In this document: piece after piece, positions 8,540 through 18,873 of the stretch
Layout: every line of letters begins with the position of its first letter
How positions within the stretch are numbered: the first letter of the stretch is position 1
IMG/VR virus record: IMGVR_UViG_3300020045_008448
Location: 1 to 40,731 of that record
Length of the DNA: 40,731 nt
Reading direction: 5' to 3' (one strand)
Source of the DNA: a virus
Taxonomy: Duplodnaviria; Caudoviricetes
Notes under the pieces: model-generated
Database searches by the model: none
Seen by the model: the letters and a program-made list of their open reading frames with translations, nothing else
What the model was told of the DNA's origin: nothing
Made by a program: the position numbers and the translations under genes

Positions 8540-9100
8540 ATGAAAAAAATCATGATGGGTGTACTGGCCCTATTTACAGTACTAGCATTTTCTTGTAACG
8601 ACCTTCGTGGTCAAACCGGTATTCAGTTGTACAAGACAACCAGTGTCAATGGAACTATTGACAGCACTGTTACCACCCAAGCTTTTGATACCTTGACAAA
8701 TACTACTGTAAAGTATATGGTAACAAGAGCAAGCGCTTTCAATAGCCTGGACAAAGGAAACTACACGATAAGCTTTTGGGCAAAGTCGTTAACCGGTACT
8801 CCAGCAGCTGTAAGCGCAGTATGGGAAGGTTCATTTAACGGGTATACCTGGTTTAAAATGACTGGGGCTTATGGTACAGATGGTTTAAACTGTGATACAT
8901 TAACATTCACTCCTTCTACCACTGCAACACAATATAAGATGGTCTCTAGGCCCGGGTCACCTAAACTGGTCACATCTTATGCGTCAACACCAGTATATAA
9001 CCAGGGAATGCGGGTATTCTATCAGCGACTGAGGCTTATACCAAGTGGTACTCAAACACTGCGGATATATAGCACTTCAATTTTCACGTTTCAACTCTAA
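8540..9100 (+). CDS. Signal-peptide-bearing beta-rich protein in the head module (possible decoration protein)
   Basis: N-terminus MKKIMMGVLALFTVLAFSC...RGQ; WEGSFNGYTW and YQRLRL resemble a discoidin/jelly-roll pattern. Confidence 0.6.
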   Translation: MKKIMMGVLALFTVLAFSCNDLRGQTGIQLYKTTSVNGTIDSTVTTQAFDTLTNTTVKYMVTRASAFNSLDKGNYTISFWAKSLTGTPAAVSAVWEGSFNGYTWFKMTGAYGTDGLNCDTLTFTPSTTATQYKMVSRPGSPKLVTSYASTPVYNQGMRVFYQRLRLIPSGTQTLRIYSTSIFTFQL

Positions 9101-9103
9101 ATA

Positions 9104-9685
9104 ATGTCAATCACTCTCCACACAGATTTTGATGCTAAATACAAACTGGCTAATGTTGCACCTACCAACGCGGTAGGTGCAGCAAACCCAGAAGGTGTTG
9201 ACTTTGCCAAATTCATAGACGATTATGAAGCAGAGTTCTTGACTGAAGTATTAGGGTACAAAACGGCAAAAGACTTTGACGCTGCAATGGTTATAGCTAC
9301 TCCACCAACTGGTGTATGGGCAGCCTTGTATTCAGGTGCAGAGTTCACAGACAAATATGGTCGTCTTAACAAATGGCCAGGTTTTAGAAATGCTGTTGAC
9401 CTTAACCCTATCGCCATGTATGTTTATTGCAAGTGGCAAAAAGAGCGACAGTCATACAGCAGTGGGTCTGGAGAGCGTGTGGTATTAACAGAGAACAGCC
9501 AAGCTATAACAGTAAGAGGTAAAGTAGTTAGAGCCTGGAATGATATGGTAGCTATGAACTGGATATTGGATGACTTCCTTACCCAGAACAGTGCAGACTA
9601 TCCAGACTACACAGGTGTGTATGGTGATATGGTTAATTATGGCAATCGCAAATACTTTCAAACAATAAATATATTCAATGTTTAA
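9104..9685 (+). CDS. Putative head-tail adaptor/connector
   Basis: Synteny after the capsid genes; helical 193-aa protein. Confidence 0.55.
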   Translation: MSITLHTDFDAKYKLANVAPTNAVGAANPEGVDFAKFIDDYEAEFLTEVLGYKTAKDFDAAMVIATPPTGVWAALYSGAEFTDKYGRLNKWPGFRNAVDLNPIAMYVYCKWQKERQSYSSGSGERVVLTENSQAITVRGKVVRAWNDMVAMNWILDDFLTQNSADYPDYTGVYGDMVNYGNRKYFQTINIFNV

Positions 9686-10829
9686 TCCAGCTTCAATACC
9701 AGATATGTTTAGCGAGCTTGTAGCTCAAGTGTCAACAACACTTGGTTATACTGTTAACTACAAGTTTGGTACATGGAAGGTTATCAATGACGAGCTTAAA
9801 AATACCCAAAATGATAAGTTCCCACTAATAGCACTACTTAGAGGTTGGAGAGAAACCCCAGAAGATGATGTTACAATGCTTGTTGAGGATATGAAAATAC
9901 TCATAGCTGTAAAATCAGGTGAAACAGACCAGGAACAAACAAGGAATGACAACAGTTATTTGGCAGTTGTGTTTCCAATCTACAAGGCTTTATGTGAAGC
10001 CATTGCAGATAGTTACTTCTTTACTGGTTATAACCAAAACTTCAAACACTCTACCCGTGACTGGCCTAACATAGGTTTGGAAAATGGTGAAAGGTTGTTG
10101 GAAGATTGCTCTGACGGGAGATTGCTTGAAAATATAACTCTTCGTGTTAACATGCAAGAGTGTGCCTACCCTAAACCTGTTTGTTATTATACACCTTGTC
10201 CAAATGGTAGAGAGTTACTAGCTATAACAATATTCAAGCATGTTGACATATCTGGTTTAGGCACTTCTACTTTAACAGTGGAAGTTGTTGATTATGATTA
10301 TGTAGAAGCTCCACCAGCATTACCTGGTCCATTTTTACCAGAGCTAGACCCTGGAACAGGTGGGCCAGCTACTACTATGCCAGCTAACTTGATAGCTACT
10401 ATTGACACATCAGGGTTACAAGATGGTTTTTATACGCCAGAATTAACTTTTGGTTCAGCAAGTGTAAAGTTTTATTTCAAAGTGTTGAACGGAATAATAA
10501 TCCATCACACTTCACAAGTACTTCAAACACTTACTCCTACCTATGATTGCCAAGAGTACTTTGATACAAACTTCCATTCGTTTACAGTTGGCTTAACATT
10601 CAAAATGGAACGAACAGCACCAGAGACTGAGATACTTAATGGTTATACCATGACACTGTTTGGGCAAACACCTGTTGTTCAAACTTTTGCACCAGTCGAC
10701 ACTATCATAAAGTCTCTAGTTCGACAAACAAAATACACTGAAGGAAATTATCTTGTAATAAATGATATATCCTTCAGCAGTCAAGCCCCACTGAGAAGCG
10801 TGGCATATTTTAAAACCCAATGTTCATAA
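9678..10829 (+). CDS. Putative tail terminator/neck protein with C-terminal beta-rich extension
   Basis: Directly before the major tail gene; KFPLIAL motif in the N-terminal ~160 aa. Confidence 0.5.
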   Translation: MFNPASIPDMFSELVAQVSTTLGYTVNYKFGTWKVINDELKNTQNDKFPLIALLRGWRETPEDDVTMLVEDMKILIAVKSGETDQEQTRNDNSYLAVVFPIYKALCEAIADSYFFTGYNQNFKHSTRDWPNIGLENGERLLEDCSDGRLLENITLRVNMQECAYPKPVCYYTPCPNGRELLAITIFKHVDISGLGTSTLTVEVVDYDYVEAPPALPGPFLPELDPGTGGPATTMPANLIATIDTSGLQDGFYTPELTFGSASVKFYFKVLNGIIIHHTSQVLQTLTPTYDCQEYFDTNFHSFTVGLTFKMERTAPETEILNGYTMTLFGQTPVVQTFAPVDTIIKSLVRQTKYTEGNYLVINDISFSSQAPLRSVAYFKTQCS

Positions 10830-10851
10830 AATTAAAACAAAATAAAACAAA

Positions 10852-11826
10852 ATGGCAAATAAACTAAAACAACTCTTGTGCACTCGAGGTTTAAGTAATA
10901 CTGGTTTAAACAGTTGTTACTTTGACCCAGGTAATATCGAGGGGGCTGTTCTTATCCCAAAGGACAAAGTATTCACACAGACAGAGTTACTTGTATTCCA
11001 AGCAACCTTGGCAGCAGCAATAGCCAATAACAATATTGCTTTACGTATTTTCCCAATCAAACGTTTTGTCGACATGGAAGACAAGAGCGAGGACAATCCA
11101 GAGCAAACCTTTGGTTATGGCGGAAAAACAAAAATTCGTCAAGGCAAATATGCCTGGTACTTTATGTACAAAAATGGCGGACTTGCTTACCACAAATCAT
11201 TGTATACTTTCGACCAAATGCAAGAGGCTTATGACGTCTTGTTTGTTGACGCGAAAAATCGTATACTTTGGGGCGTTGCCGGTGGAACGGACAATACTGG
11301 CTTAGGTGGTTTTGACCTTGAGTTGATTGACGTTAAAAATATGAAAATCAATACTGGTGGAGCTACCTCCATGTATGGTATCGGTTTTTGTATGGAGAAC
11401 CCAAATCAAATCAATGAGCTTTCTGCATTCTACCAGTTTCCAAAGACTGTAGACCTTTTACAAATCTTGACAGGTTTGAAAAACATCGAAGTGACCATCC
11501 AAACACAGAATGTTCTTGGTTTAATCCGCTTGCAGCTTACAACAGCTGATGGGGCGATAAACCTTGGTGACACCTTTGCAACTGAATTGGCAACAGCTTC
11601 TTTGTATAATATGAAAGTGCAAGCTACCCAGGCAGCAATTGATATTTTGTCTGTTGTGTATGATTCTGGAAATGGAACCTTTGATGTACAATTAGACGTT
11701 ACAGACCCTGACTACGTTGGCATGGCTGCAGGCGACTATATGGACGGCACAATCGGCGAAGTGTCAGACTTGACAGCAGCTCTTGTACTTGGCTATGCGA
11801 ACACAGAGTACAGCACTATTAAATAA
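10852..11826 (+). CDS. Putative major tail (tube) protein
   Basis: 324 aa, strong A-rich start, followed by a hairpin; position before chaperone and tape-measure genes. Confidence 0.65.
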   Translation: MANKLKQLLCTRGLSNTGLNSCYFDPGNIEGAVLIPKDKVFTQTELLVFQATLAAAIANNNIALRIFPIKRFVDMEDKSEDNPEQTFGYGGKTKIRQGKYAWYFMYKNGGLAYHKSLYTFDQMQEAYDVLFVDAKNRILWGVAGGTDNTGLGGFDLELIDVKNMKINTGGATSMYGIGFCMENPNQINELSAFYQFPKTVDLLQILTGLKNIEVTIQTQNVLGLIRLQLTTADGAINLGDTFATELATASLYNMKVQATQAAIDILSVVYDSGNGTFDVQLDVTDPDYVGMAAGDYMDGTIGEVSDLTAALVLGYANTEYSTIK

Positions 11827-11829
11827 TCC

Positions 11830-11870
11830 GTGATATGTGGGGGTCACCTAGGTGGCTCCCATAATATTGC
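11830..11870 (+). terminator. Stem-loop after the major tail gene (attenuator or mRNA stabiliser)
   Basis: TGGGGGTCAC-ctag-GTGGCTCCCA, extended by GTGATAT/ATATTGC; no T tract. Confidence 0.5.
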
Positions 11871-11885
11871 ACAAAAACAAACAAA

Positions 11886-12101
11886 ATGAAATTCAAATAT
11901 CCAACAGACCTCAAATACAATGGGGTAGGCTACAACGCCAAGAACATTCGCCAGTTTAAAGATGGCACCAAGAAAACAGAAGCAGACTTTGTAAAACAAG
12001 TTGCTGGTAAATTAACGGAGGTACAAGCAAAAGAACTTTACGCTATTGCCAACACTCCAGAAACGAGCGGAGATGCCAAAGTTGCTCCAACTAAAAAATA
12101 G
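11886..12101 (+). CDS. Hypothetical tail-module protein
   Basis: 71-aa ORF with an A-rich start. Confidence 0.7.
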   Translation: MKFKYPTDLKYNGVGYNAKNIRQFKDGTKKTEADFVKQVAGKLTEVQAKELYAIANTPETSGDAKVAPTKK

Positions 12102-12186
12102 CTCGTTTTAAGGCTAAAAAAGAGCTCTGTAAGTAGATACGCTTACAGAGCTCTTAAAAGGCCGAAAACGGAGCTCTAAACAGCTA
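12100..12186 (+). repeat. Dispersed periodic element E2 (core 12130-12145) containing a 14-bp perfect inverted repeat
   Basis: AAGAGCTCTGTAAG-tagatacg-CTTACAGAGCTCTT; CGAAAACGGAGCTCTAAA at 12163 is identical to 24517. Confidence 0.8.
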
Positions 12187-12188
12187 TT

Positions 12189-12623
12189 ATGACAGTCTAC
12201 GAATTAAGCAACAGGTTAAAACGTTTCGACTTAAATGCCGAGATTGTCAAAGCTATCAAATTGACCAAAGAAGCCATGATTGAAAAAAATCGTGAGCAAC
12301 TAATGAAAGGCCGAAACACGATAAACCTAAAAATACTACCAAGGTATAAAAGCAAGTCATACGCCAAAAAGAAATTTGCAAGAAATGCTAAGCCTGGTCG
12401 AGGTGTGCCAGACTTAAATAATACCGGTGCTTTCCAGGCTGCAATAGATGTGAAAGTTACAGCTAAACAATTTGAGTTTTTTAGTCGTGATGAAAAAGCA
12501 CCAATGCTTGTAGAGAAATACCCACTAATACTTGGTATGACTGCAAAAACCACCGAACAATACAGCAAAAACACGCTCTTGCCAGTATTGGAAAATAGTT
12601 TAAAAACAAAGTTAGCAAAGTGA
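12189..12623 (+). CDS. Putative tail completion/neck protein
   Basis: Basic 144-aa protein with PDLNNTGAFQAAI motif, as in phage virion morphogenesis proteins. Confidence 0.55.
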   Translation: MTVYELSNRLKRFDLNAEIVKAIKLTKEAMIEKNREQLMKGRNTINLKILPRYKSKSYAKKKFARNAKPGRGVPDLNNTGAFQAAIDVKVTAKQFEFFSRDEKAPMLVEKYPLILGMTAKTTEQYSKNTLLPVLENSLKTKLAK

Positions 12624-12838
12624 TATATTTGCAATGTATAGAGTGTGAACGCCGTAGGGCTGAACTGACAAGACAACTTGAATTTCTAAAAATCAAAATA
12701 AGCCACCGTGCAGTCCAAGAAAGAACAACATACGGAATCTACCTTGACAGCGAAGACCAGAAACTCGTCGCTGCCCCACTCAGTGTCTGCCACGCCAGAG
12801 GATTTACCCCCATTGAAATTATATCAGAACATCAATAG
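12620..12838 (+). CDS. Small hypothetical protein with N-terminal CxxC; start uncertain
   Basis: Fills the gap; overlaps the next reading frame. Confidence 0.55.
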   Translation: MIYLQCIECERRRAELTRQLEFLKIKISHRAVQERTTYGIYLDSEDQKLVAAPLSVCHARGFTPIEIISEHQ

Positions 12839-13415
12839 ACTACCTTTTACGGTTTTTCTTGAAATTACTGATACCAAAGATTTATCCTTATTAATTACTC
12901 AAGGAGAAGCCACAGAGGCAGAACTTGTAGAAGCCTGGGATAAGCTTTATGCAGAATATCATGACGCGTGTAATAATGGTGAGGATGACAGTGAAACAAG
13001 AGAAGTAAAATCATTTGCCACAAGTTACAACAAAGTATGCCGTGCAAGAGTATTACTTGACTCGATTGTTGCTATTGGAACACATGAAACTCTTATTGAA
13101 CAACTTTATGCCTTTGGGTACGACTTACCTGAAAACAACGGCAAGAATATGGAACGTATTGTGGCACTATTCACAGCCAACCACAAACGAGACTACATTG
13201 ACTTACAAACAAATACTCTACAAAGAGAAGAGGAGCAACAAGAAGCCACTGTAATTGATGGCAATTACTACATGAACACTATTGCAATAATGATTGCTAG
13301 TTTGAAGTGTAGTATTGACATAAACTCTTTAACACTTGGATTATATGTGGCTTTAATCAAGCAATACAAGCAACATTGCAAATCACTTTTAAAATTACAA
13401 AATCATGGCAGTTGA
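12813..13415 (+). CDS. Putative tail assembly chaperone; start uncertain (TTG 12813 or GTG 12708)
   Basis: Helical protein immediately upstream of the tape measure gene. Confidence 0.55.
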   Translation: MKLYQNINRLPFTVFLEITDTKDLSLLITQGEATEAELVEAWDKLYAEYHDACNNGEDDSETREVKSFATSYNKVCRARVLLDSIVAIGTHETLIEQLYAFGYDLPENNGKNMERIVALFTANHKRDYIDLQTNTLQREEEQQEATVIDGNYYMNTIAIMIASLKCSIDINSLTLGLYVALIKQYKQHCKSLLKLQNHGS

Positions 13416-16400
13416 TGTTAATGACCTCATAACGGACGCCGCGGTCAAACAGATTGATAAACTAAAAGCCGGCCTTGACCAGGTAGTTCAGTCAATAGCG
13501 GATATAAACCAGGCAGGTGCAAAGCTTGATGCACAGCTTAATGCTGGAAATTTAGGCTGGGCTAAGACAATTGGCAAGATGAAGGAAGTTGCAGCCAATG
13601 GACAACAACTTGAAGAGGCTTACAAGAGATTGGTAGCGGCTAATGACGCTTTGCATGCTGCTGAGGCGAGGCATGCTTCAAGACTCGCTCAACTTGCTGA
13701 GCACCAAAGGACACAAGCACTATTGAATGAAAAGGTAACAATAACAAATAACAAGGTTAAAGACTCTACACTAAAAGTTACTGATGCTATCAATGCAAAA
13801 CAAAAAGCCCAACTCAGGGCACAAGTAACAGCCTCAGAAGGTATCAAGGTAAATACCAGGGCAACCCTTGCTGAGAAAGCACATACTGTTGAACTTGAAA
13901 AACAAGCCTCTACCCTTGCAATCCTTATTGCGGATAACAAAGCTTTGATTGCTCAAAGAAATGCAGTGGATATTTCAACAGTAGCTGGTATTGCAAAGGT
14001 CAAAGAGCTCAACAAGGGTATCACTGAAAATACAAAAATTATCAATGCTAATACGACTGCCAACGAAACTACTTTCGGCACTATTGGCAAGGGTGCTACC
14101 AAGGCACTTAGCTATTTAAGAAACTTGGCTTATATATTGCCAGGTATTGGTATAGCCGGTATATTCAATGGTGTGATTGAAGGTTTGTCAGCTATGTTCA
14201 CAGGTCTCATGAAAGCAACAGGTGCCCAGAAATTATTAAGTGATGCTATGGGAGAAGCTGGTAAAGCATCTGCATTTGAAGTTTGGAATTTAGACAGACT
14301 TTACAAGAAAACACAAGACACGACAATATCAATTGAAAAACGTCAAGAAGCTGTAGACAAACTTCAAAAGATGTTTCCAGACTACTTCAAGGATATTAAA
14401 GATGAAGCGATATTGAATGGTGAAGCCAAAGGCTCCTATGATGAATTGCGAACATCTATAGTGGCTGTTGCCAAAGCCAAGGCTGCTGAGGCAGCTATAC
14501 AAAAAGTATTTGCAGACGGTTTGGATGAAGAGATTTTATTAATCAAAGCTTTGTCAAAAGCAAATGCTGATGAAGCTACTAATCGTGGGAAGCCTAGAAC
14601 ATCAAAACAAGGCGGCTTGGCAGAACTTGGTACCTCTGACCTTCAATACACAGCCAAAGAAGCCGATGAGTATAGGAAAAGAGAGAAACACCGTGCACAA
14701 GAAGAGCTATTTGCATTCCGGTCAAAACAAGCTGAGAAGCTTAGGTTACTTGGACAGTTCCTGGATGACCAAGAGAAACTAATATCTGACAAAACACGTG
14801 AGAAAGAAACAAAAGCAACTAGAACTCCAAGAGGTGCCGCTGACTTACAAGATGACTCTCCAACAGCTTACCTAAATGCCAAGAAAGCAGAGTTCCTGGC
14901 TAACTATCAACTCATGAAGGAAGACGCTGAGAAGCAAGCGGAAATAAACAAGCAAATTGCGGAAAGCGACGAAAAGGTTTCAAAAAACAAGCATGACCTA
15001 CTTGGTGAATACTATGACTACAAACAAAGGTTATTGTTACTTGACAATAAAGCTGGTATGCACGAGATTGCAATGAACAATGAAATAACAGATAAATATG
15101 CACAAGAACTATTTGATAGACAAGATGCCTTGGCAGCTTATTATGCAAACAAGCAAAACCTACTTGACCTAGAAGAGACCAAGGAATTAAAAGAACTTGA
15201 ATTCCACAATATTGCTATTCAAAACAAAATGATTCAAATGCAGACTAAGCTTGACCGTGGAAAGCTTAATGCGTACAATACCAAAGTAGTACAGAATGAA
15301 TTGAAAGCTGAACAGTTCTTATATGATGAGAACTTGAAAACAATTGCTACCATCATAGAGAAATACAATAAAGAGCAACTTGGTACCACTGAACAGTTCA
15401 AAGCTGCAAATCTAGCACTTATCAAAAAGTATGACCAAAAAGAAATTGAAGCGGTAATAGAAAGGTGGAAGTGGATAAAGAATTTCAACGAGCAAGCCGC
15501 TAAAGAAGAGCTTGAGCTAATACAAGGAAACCTAGATGCTTATGCCACTATGGCTGATGACACAGACCGGTACCCCCCACCAACAGAAGAGTCAAAGTAT
15601 TTGTTCGAAAAGAAAATGTATTTCTTGGGTACGTATCTGGAAATGGAGCAGACAGCTACGACCATTCTAATGGGTTTGGCTGATGCGCAATATGCTCATG
15701 AGATGGGGTTAATTGATAAGCGTGAGCAAAAGCTCAACGAGTCTTATGATGAAGACAAGAAACGTATAATGTCAAGCTTTACAACAAAGGTAGACCAGGA
15801 CAATGAACTACTAAAGCTCGATGCCAGAAAAGAAGCACTACAAAAACAAATTGACAGAGATAGGAAAGCGGCAGCACGGAAACAAGCTAAAGACCAAAAA
15901 GCTTCTGACGTTGCAAATATTATTGGTAGTACTTATGTTGCTGTTATGGGTGCATTAGGAGCTAAGCCTTGGACATTTGCCAACATTGCAGTGGCAGCAG
16001 GTATTGGAGCAACTGGTGCAGCCAATCTCGCCAGGGTTATTGCAACACCATTACCACAGTATAAAGATGGTACAAGAGACGCTGCGGGTGGTTGGTCGAT
16101 AGTTGGTGACGGTGGTAAAAGAGAGCTTGTAACAGAGCCGGGTAAAAAACCCTGGATAACTGACAGTGTACCAACACTTGTTAATCTACCAAAACATACC
16201 ATAGTTGAACCTGATGCTGAAACAGCTTTACGTGGGGCTAACTTGATAAGTTTGTTTGCAAACAATGTGTCTTCTACAAATGACAAACAAACGCCACAGC
16301 TTATGGCAAAAATTGATGAGTTGATTGAAGAGACAAGAAACAATAAGTCTATAACCAATGTTGATATAATAGATTTTTCAAACCACACTTTACACGTCCG

Positions 16401-16416
16401 AAAAAATATTAGATAA
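13405..16416 (+). CDS. Tape measure protein
   Basis: 1003 aa, Ala/Lys/Glu-rich helical; C-terminal ATPLPQYKDGT...VGDGGKRELV motif. Confidence 0.85.
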   Translation: MAVDVNDLITDAAVKQIDKLKAGLDQVVQSIADINQAGAKLDAQLNAGNLGWAKTIGKMKEVAANGQQLEEAYKRLVAANDALHAAEARHASRLAQLAEHQRTQALLNEKVTITNNKVKDSTLKVTDAINAKQKAQLRAQVTASEGIKVNTRATLAEKAHTVELEKQASTLAILIADNKALIAQRNAVDISTVAGIAKVKELNKGITENTKIINANTTANETTFGTIGKGATKALSYLRNLAYILPGIGIAGIFNGVIEGLSAMFTGLMKATGAQKLLSDAMGEAGKASAFEVWNLDRLYKKTQDTTISIEKRQEAVDKLQKMFPDYFKDIKDEAILNGEAKGSYDELRTSIVAVAKAKAAEAAIQKVFADGLDEEILLIKALSKANADEATNRGKPRTSKQGGLAELGTSDLQYTAKEADEYRKREKHRAQEELFAFRSKQAEKLRLLGQFLDDQEKLISDKTREKETKATRTPRGAADLQDDSPTAYLNAKKAEFLANYQLMKEDAEKQAEINKQIAESDEKVSKNKHDLLGEYYDYKQRLLLLDNKAGMHEIAMNNEITDKYAQELFDRQDALAAYYANKQNLLDLEETKELKELEFHNIAIQNKMIQMQTKLDRGKLNAYNTKVVQNELKAEQFLYDENLKTIATIIEKYNKEQLGTTEQFKAANLALIKKYDQKEIEAVIERWKWIKNFNEQAAKEELELIQGNLDAYATMADDTDRYPPPTEESKYLFEKKMYFLGTYLEMEQTATTILMGLADAQYAHEMGLIDKREQKLNESYDEDKKRIMSSFTTKVDQDNELLKLDARKEALQKQIDRDRKAAARKQAKDQKASDVANIIGSTYVAVMGALGAKPWTFANIAVAAGIGATGAANLARVIATPLPQYKDGTRDAAGGWSIVGDGGKRELVTEPGKKPWITDSVPTLVNLPKHTIVEPDAETALRGANLISLFANNVSSTNDKQTPQLMAKIDELIEETRNNKSITNVDIIDFSNHTLHVRKNIR

Positions 16417-18641
16417 TGGCAAACTGGAAAAATTTTAAATATTACTTAAGGTACCTAGATGGCGTTACCTGGTATTACTATTACGTTGACACTAATGGCG
16501 TTGTACAAACAACTACCACAAAAACACCAATTGAGTTTGCGCCTAAAGGTTGGCGCAACCAGGGTTTAAAGTGGGAGCGTGGTTTTGTTTATCACGGCGT
16601 ATTCCAAACATACACCGAGCCATTAAAATTTGTAAAGGATGGTGGCAAGATACTAAGGTACTTATATGTGAATTATGGCACGGAGCCTAAATGCAACTTG
16701 TTGATTGAAAAGTTTAATCGCACATTGGCTGTTTGGGATTATGAAACTTATTATGAAGGGGAGATAGACTTTTCCAGGTACAACCGAGAAAAGGACTTTG
16801 TTAACAGCGAAGTAATGGAGGGTGGTTTCATGGCAAAGCTAAAAGCCAAAGAAAATACAAACATTGAAATATCTGTCACAGATAACCCCAATAGAGTTTG
16901 GGTTAATATGGATGGCATTATTGTCCTGGCTCTTTTCCAGTTTACTGGTTTAGAACAGCCTGTTGACAATAGCCCACCGACTTATGCGCTTTGTACAAGA
17001 GAACACTTTCCAACGTTATTATGGTACCAAACACAAGGGTACTCAAATGGTGATAATAACCCAAAAGGCAATGATTTTATTGGCCCAAATGCTGCAATGT
17101 TAACACAAAACTATGCAAATGCAGACAGGATAACTTTGTTTAGTGCAGATAATTGGTTTTTGCGTAATGTGTCCGCTACAACATCGTATGACTATACTGT
17201 AAAAGGGTCTATAACAATTGACCATCAAAGTATGGTAGCAACTTCTCGTGAAATGAGCGTGTACCTTTATAAAAACAAAGGCTCTGCAGTTGGCACAGCT
17301 GTTACCAAATACGTCATAGCTACAGGAGGTACAATAATAGGGTTTGGAGCGCTTAGTGAAACAGTCACTTTTGACTTTGACATCACACTAGACCCAGATG
17401 AACAAATCTGGCTTTGGTTCAGGTACACTGGTGCAAATGGTGATGTTAAATATCACTTAGTAAAGTGTGAGGTTGATGTATCAGTGCCAAATAGAGTCAA
17501 ACAATCTTACATACCAGCGTTGCGACCATTTAATGTAGGTGAAGCTCTTATATATGCAATAGACCCAGCCACAACTTTTGCAAGTACCTTGTTAGACACT
17601 ACCAATAAAAATAAGCTGCTTACTTGTGGAGATGCTTTGCGAGGCTTGCTACAAGCTGTTATGAAAACAAGTATAGCAGACTATTACAAGTCAGTTAATG
17701 CCATGTGTAATACTTGTCTTGTTTATGATAAGCCTGGTGCTACTGTTTCAATATACGATAAGTCTTTTGCATTTGATGACGCTACACAGATACTTGATTT
17801 AGGAGTGGTGAGTAAATTCAAACACTATCCATTAACAACTGAGATGTTTGCAAAATACGTTGTAGGGTACAGAGACGTAAAGTATGATGAAGTGAATGGC
17901 AAAGATGAGTTCAATTTAACCCAGGAGTACCAATCCCCACTCATACGTATAACACAAGAAAAAGACCTCCGAAGTGACTACCGAGCAGATATGTATGGTA
18001 TTGAATTAACAAGAGGCAATTTAACCGGTAAAACATTGGCTGATGCTACTGCTGATAATGACGTATTTTGGCTTGACATAGAAGACACACCAGCTGGTAC
18101 AATACCAACCGGTTTACCAGGTGCTGGCGAAGACTACTATAATCTTCAAAGAAGCGGGTATTCAATTATTCAAGGCTTGAATTTTCCAGATGCTGCTTTC
18201 AATTTATTCTTGTCACCAAAATTGAGGATATATGCACATGGTAATTATATCAATAGCGTATTGTACCCTCAAATGAATTTGCCAATAGTACTGCCAGAAG
18301 ATACATTGCAATTTAAAGTAGCTAGCAAGAACCAGGATGATGGAATATACTTAGCTTGGGATATTGCAGGCTTCGGTGTTGATGAACGTGGCAACGTGGC
18401 TTTACCAACACTAGATGGCCCCTTATTCTATCCTATAGTTTTTGAATTTGATTGCCTCATACCACAAAATATTTTATCGCTACTTACAAGTAACCCATAT
18501 GGCAAGATTAGAATTGAGGATAGTGATGGTCGTGAATATTTTGGTTTCCTACTTGAGGTGCAAGATGAGCCAGTCATGAGACCTAAACAAACTTATAAAC
18601 TACTGTGTGCACCATCAACAGACTTAAACAATCTAATCTAA
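16416..18641 (+). CDS. Tail tip/hub structural protein
   Basis: 741 aa, beta-rich, directly after the tape measure gene. Confidence 0.7.
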   Translation: MANWKNFKYYLRYLDGVTWYYYYVDTNGVVQTTTTKTPIEFAPKGWRNQGLKWERGFVYHGVFQTYTEPLKFVKDGGKILRYLYVNYGTEPKCNLLIEKFNRTLAVWDYETYYEGEIDFSRYNREKDFVNSEVMEGGFMAKLKAKENTNIEISVTDNPNRVWVNMDGIIVLALFQFTGLEQPVDNSPPTYALCTREHFPTLLWYQTQGYSNGDNNPKGNDFIGPNAAMLTQNYANADRITLFSADNWFLRNVSATTSYDYTVKGSITIDHQSMVATSREMSVYLYKNKGSAVGTAVTKYVIATGGTIIGFGALSETVTFDFDITLDPDEQIWLWFRYTGANGDVKYHLVKCEVDVSVPNRVKQSYIPALRPFNVGEALIYAIDPATTFASTLLDTTNKNKLLTCGDALRGLLQAVMKTSIADYYKSVNAMCNTCLVYDKPGATVSIYDKSFAFDDATQILDLGVVSKFKHYPLTTEMFAKYVVGYRDVKYDEVNGKDEFNLTQEYQSPLIRITQEKDLRSDYRADMYGIELTRGNLTGKTLADATADNDVFWLDIEDTPAGTIPTGLPGAGEDYYNLQRSGYSIIQGLNFPDAAFNLFLSPKLRIYAHGNYINSVLYPQMNLPIVLPEDTLQFKVASKNQDDGIYLAWDIAGFGVDERGNVALPTLDGPLFYPIVFEFDCLIPQNILSLLTSNPYGKIRIEDSDGREYFGFLLEVQDEPVMRPKQTYKLLCAPSTDLNNLI

Positions 18642-18844
18642 TGACACTTAACTTTTGCCGCTTGCCCATTTACGGGTGTATTTTGTTCTTGCAGCTCCTG
18701 CTCGTATGCTGCCATTTCCGATTTGGTGAGAGGCTTATCACTTATTACAGTATAGATACCATTTATAGTGCATGTTCTAAACTTGGCTTTTTGACAACTT
18801 GCAAGGCTAGCCACCGCCAAAGCAATGATAATAATTTTTTTCAT
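18638..18844 (-). CDS. Small lipoprotein (superinfection-exclusion candidate)
   Basis: MKKIIIIALAVASLAS-C lipobox and two further Cys; fills the gap between two tail genes exactly. Confidence 0.75.
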   Translation of the reverse strand: MKKIIIIALAVASLASCQKAKFRTCTINGIYTVISDKPLTKSEMAAYEQELQEQNTPVNGQAAKVKCH

Positions 18845-18873
18845 TTTGTAAAATTACAACTATATTCGTAGCG

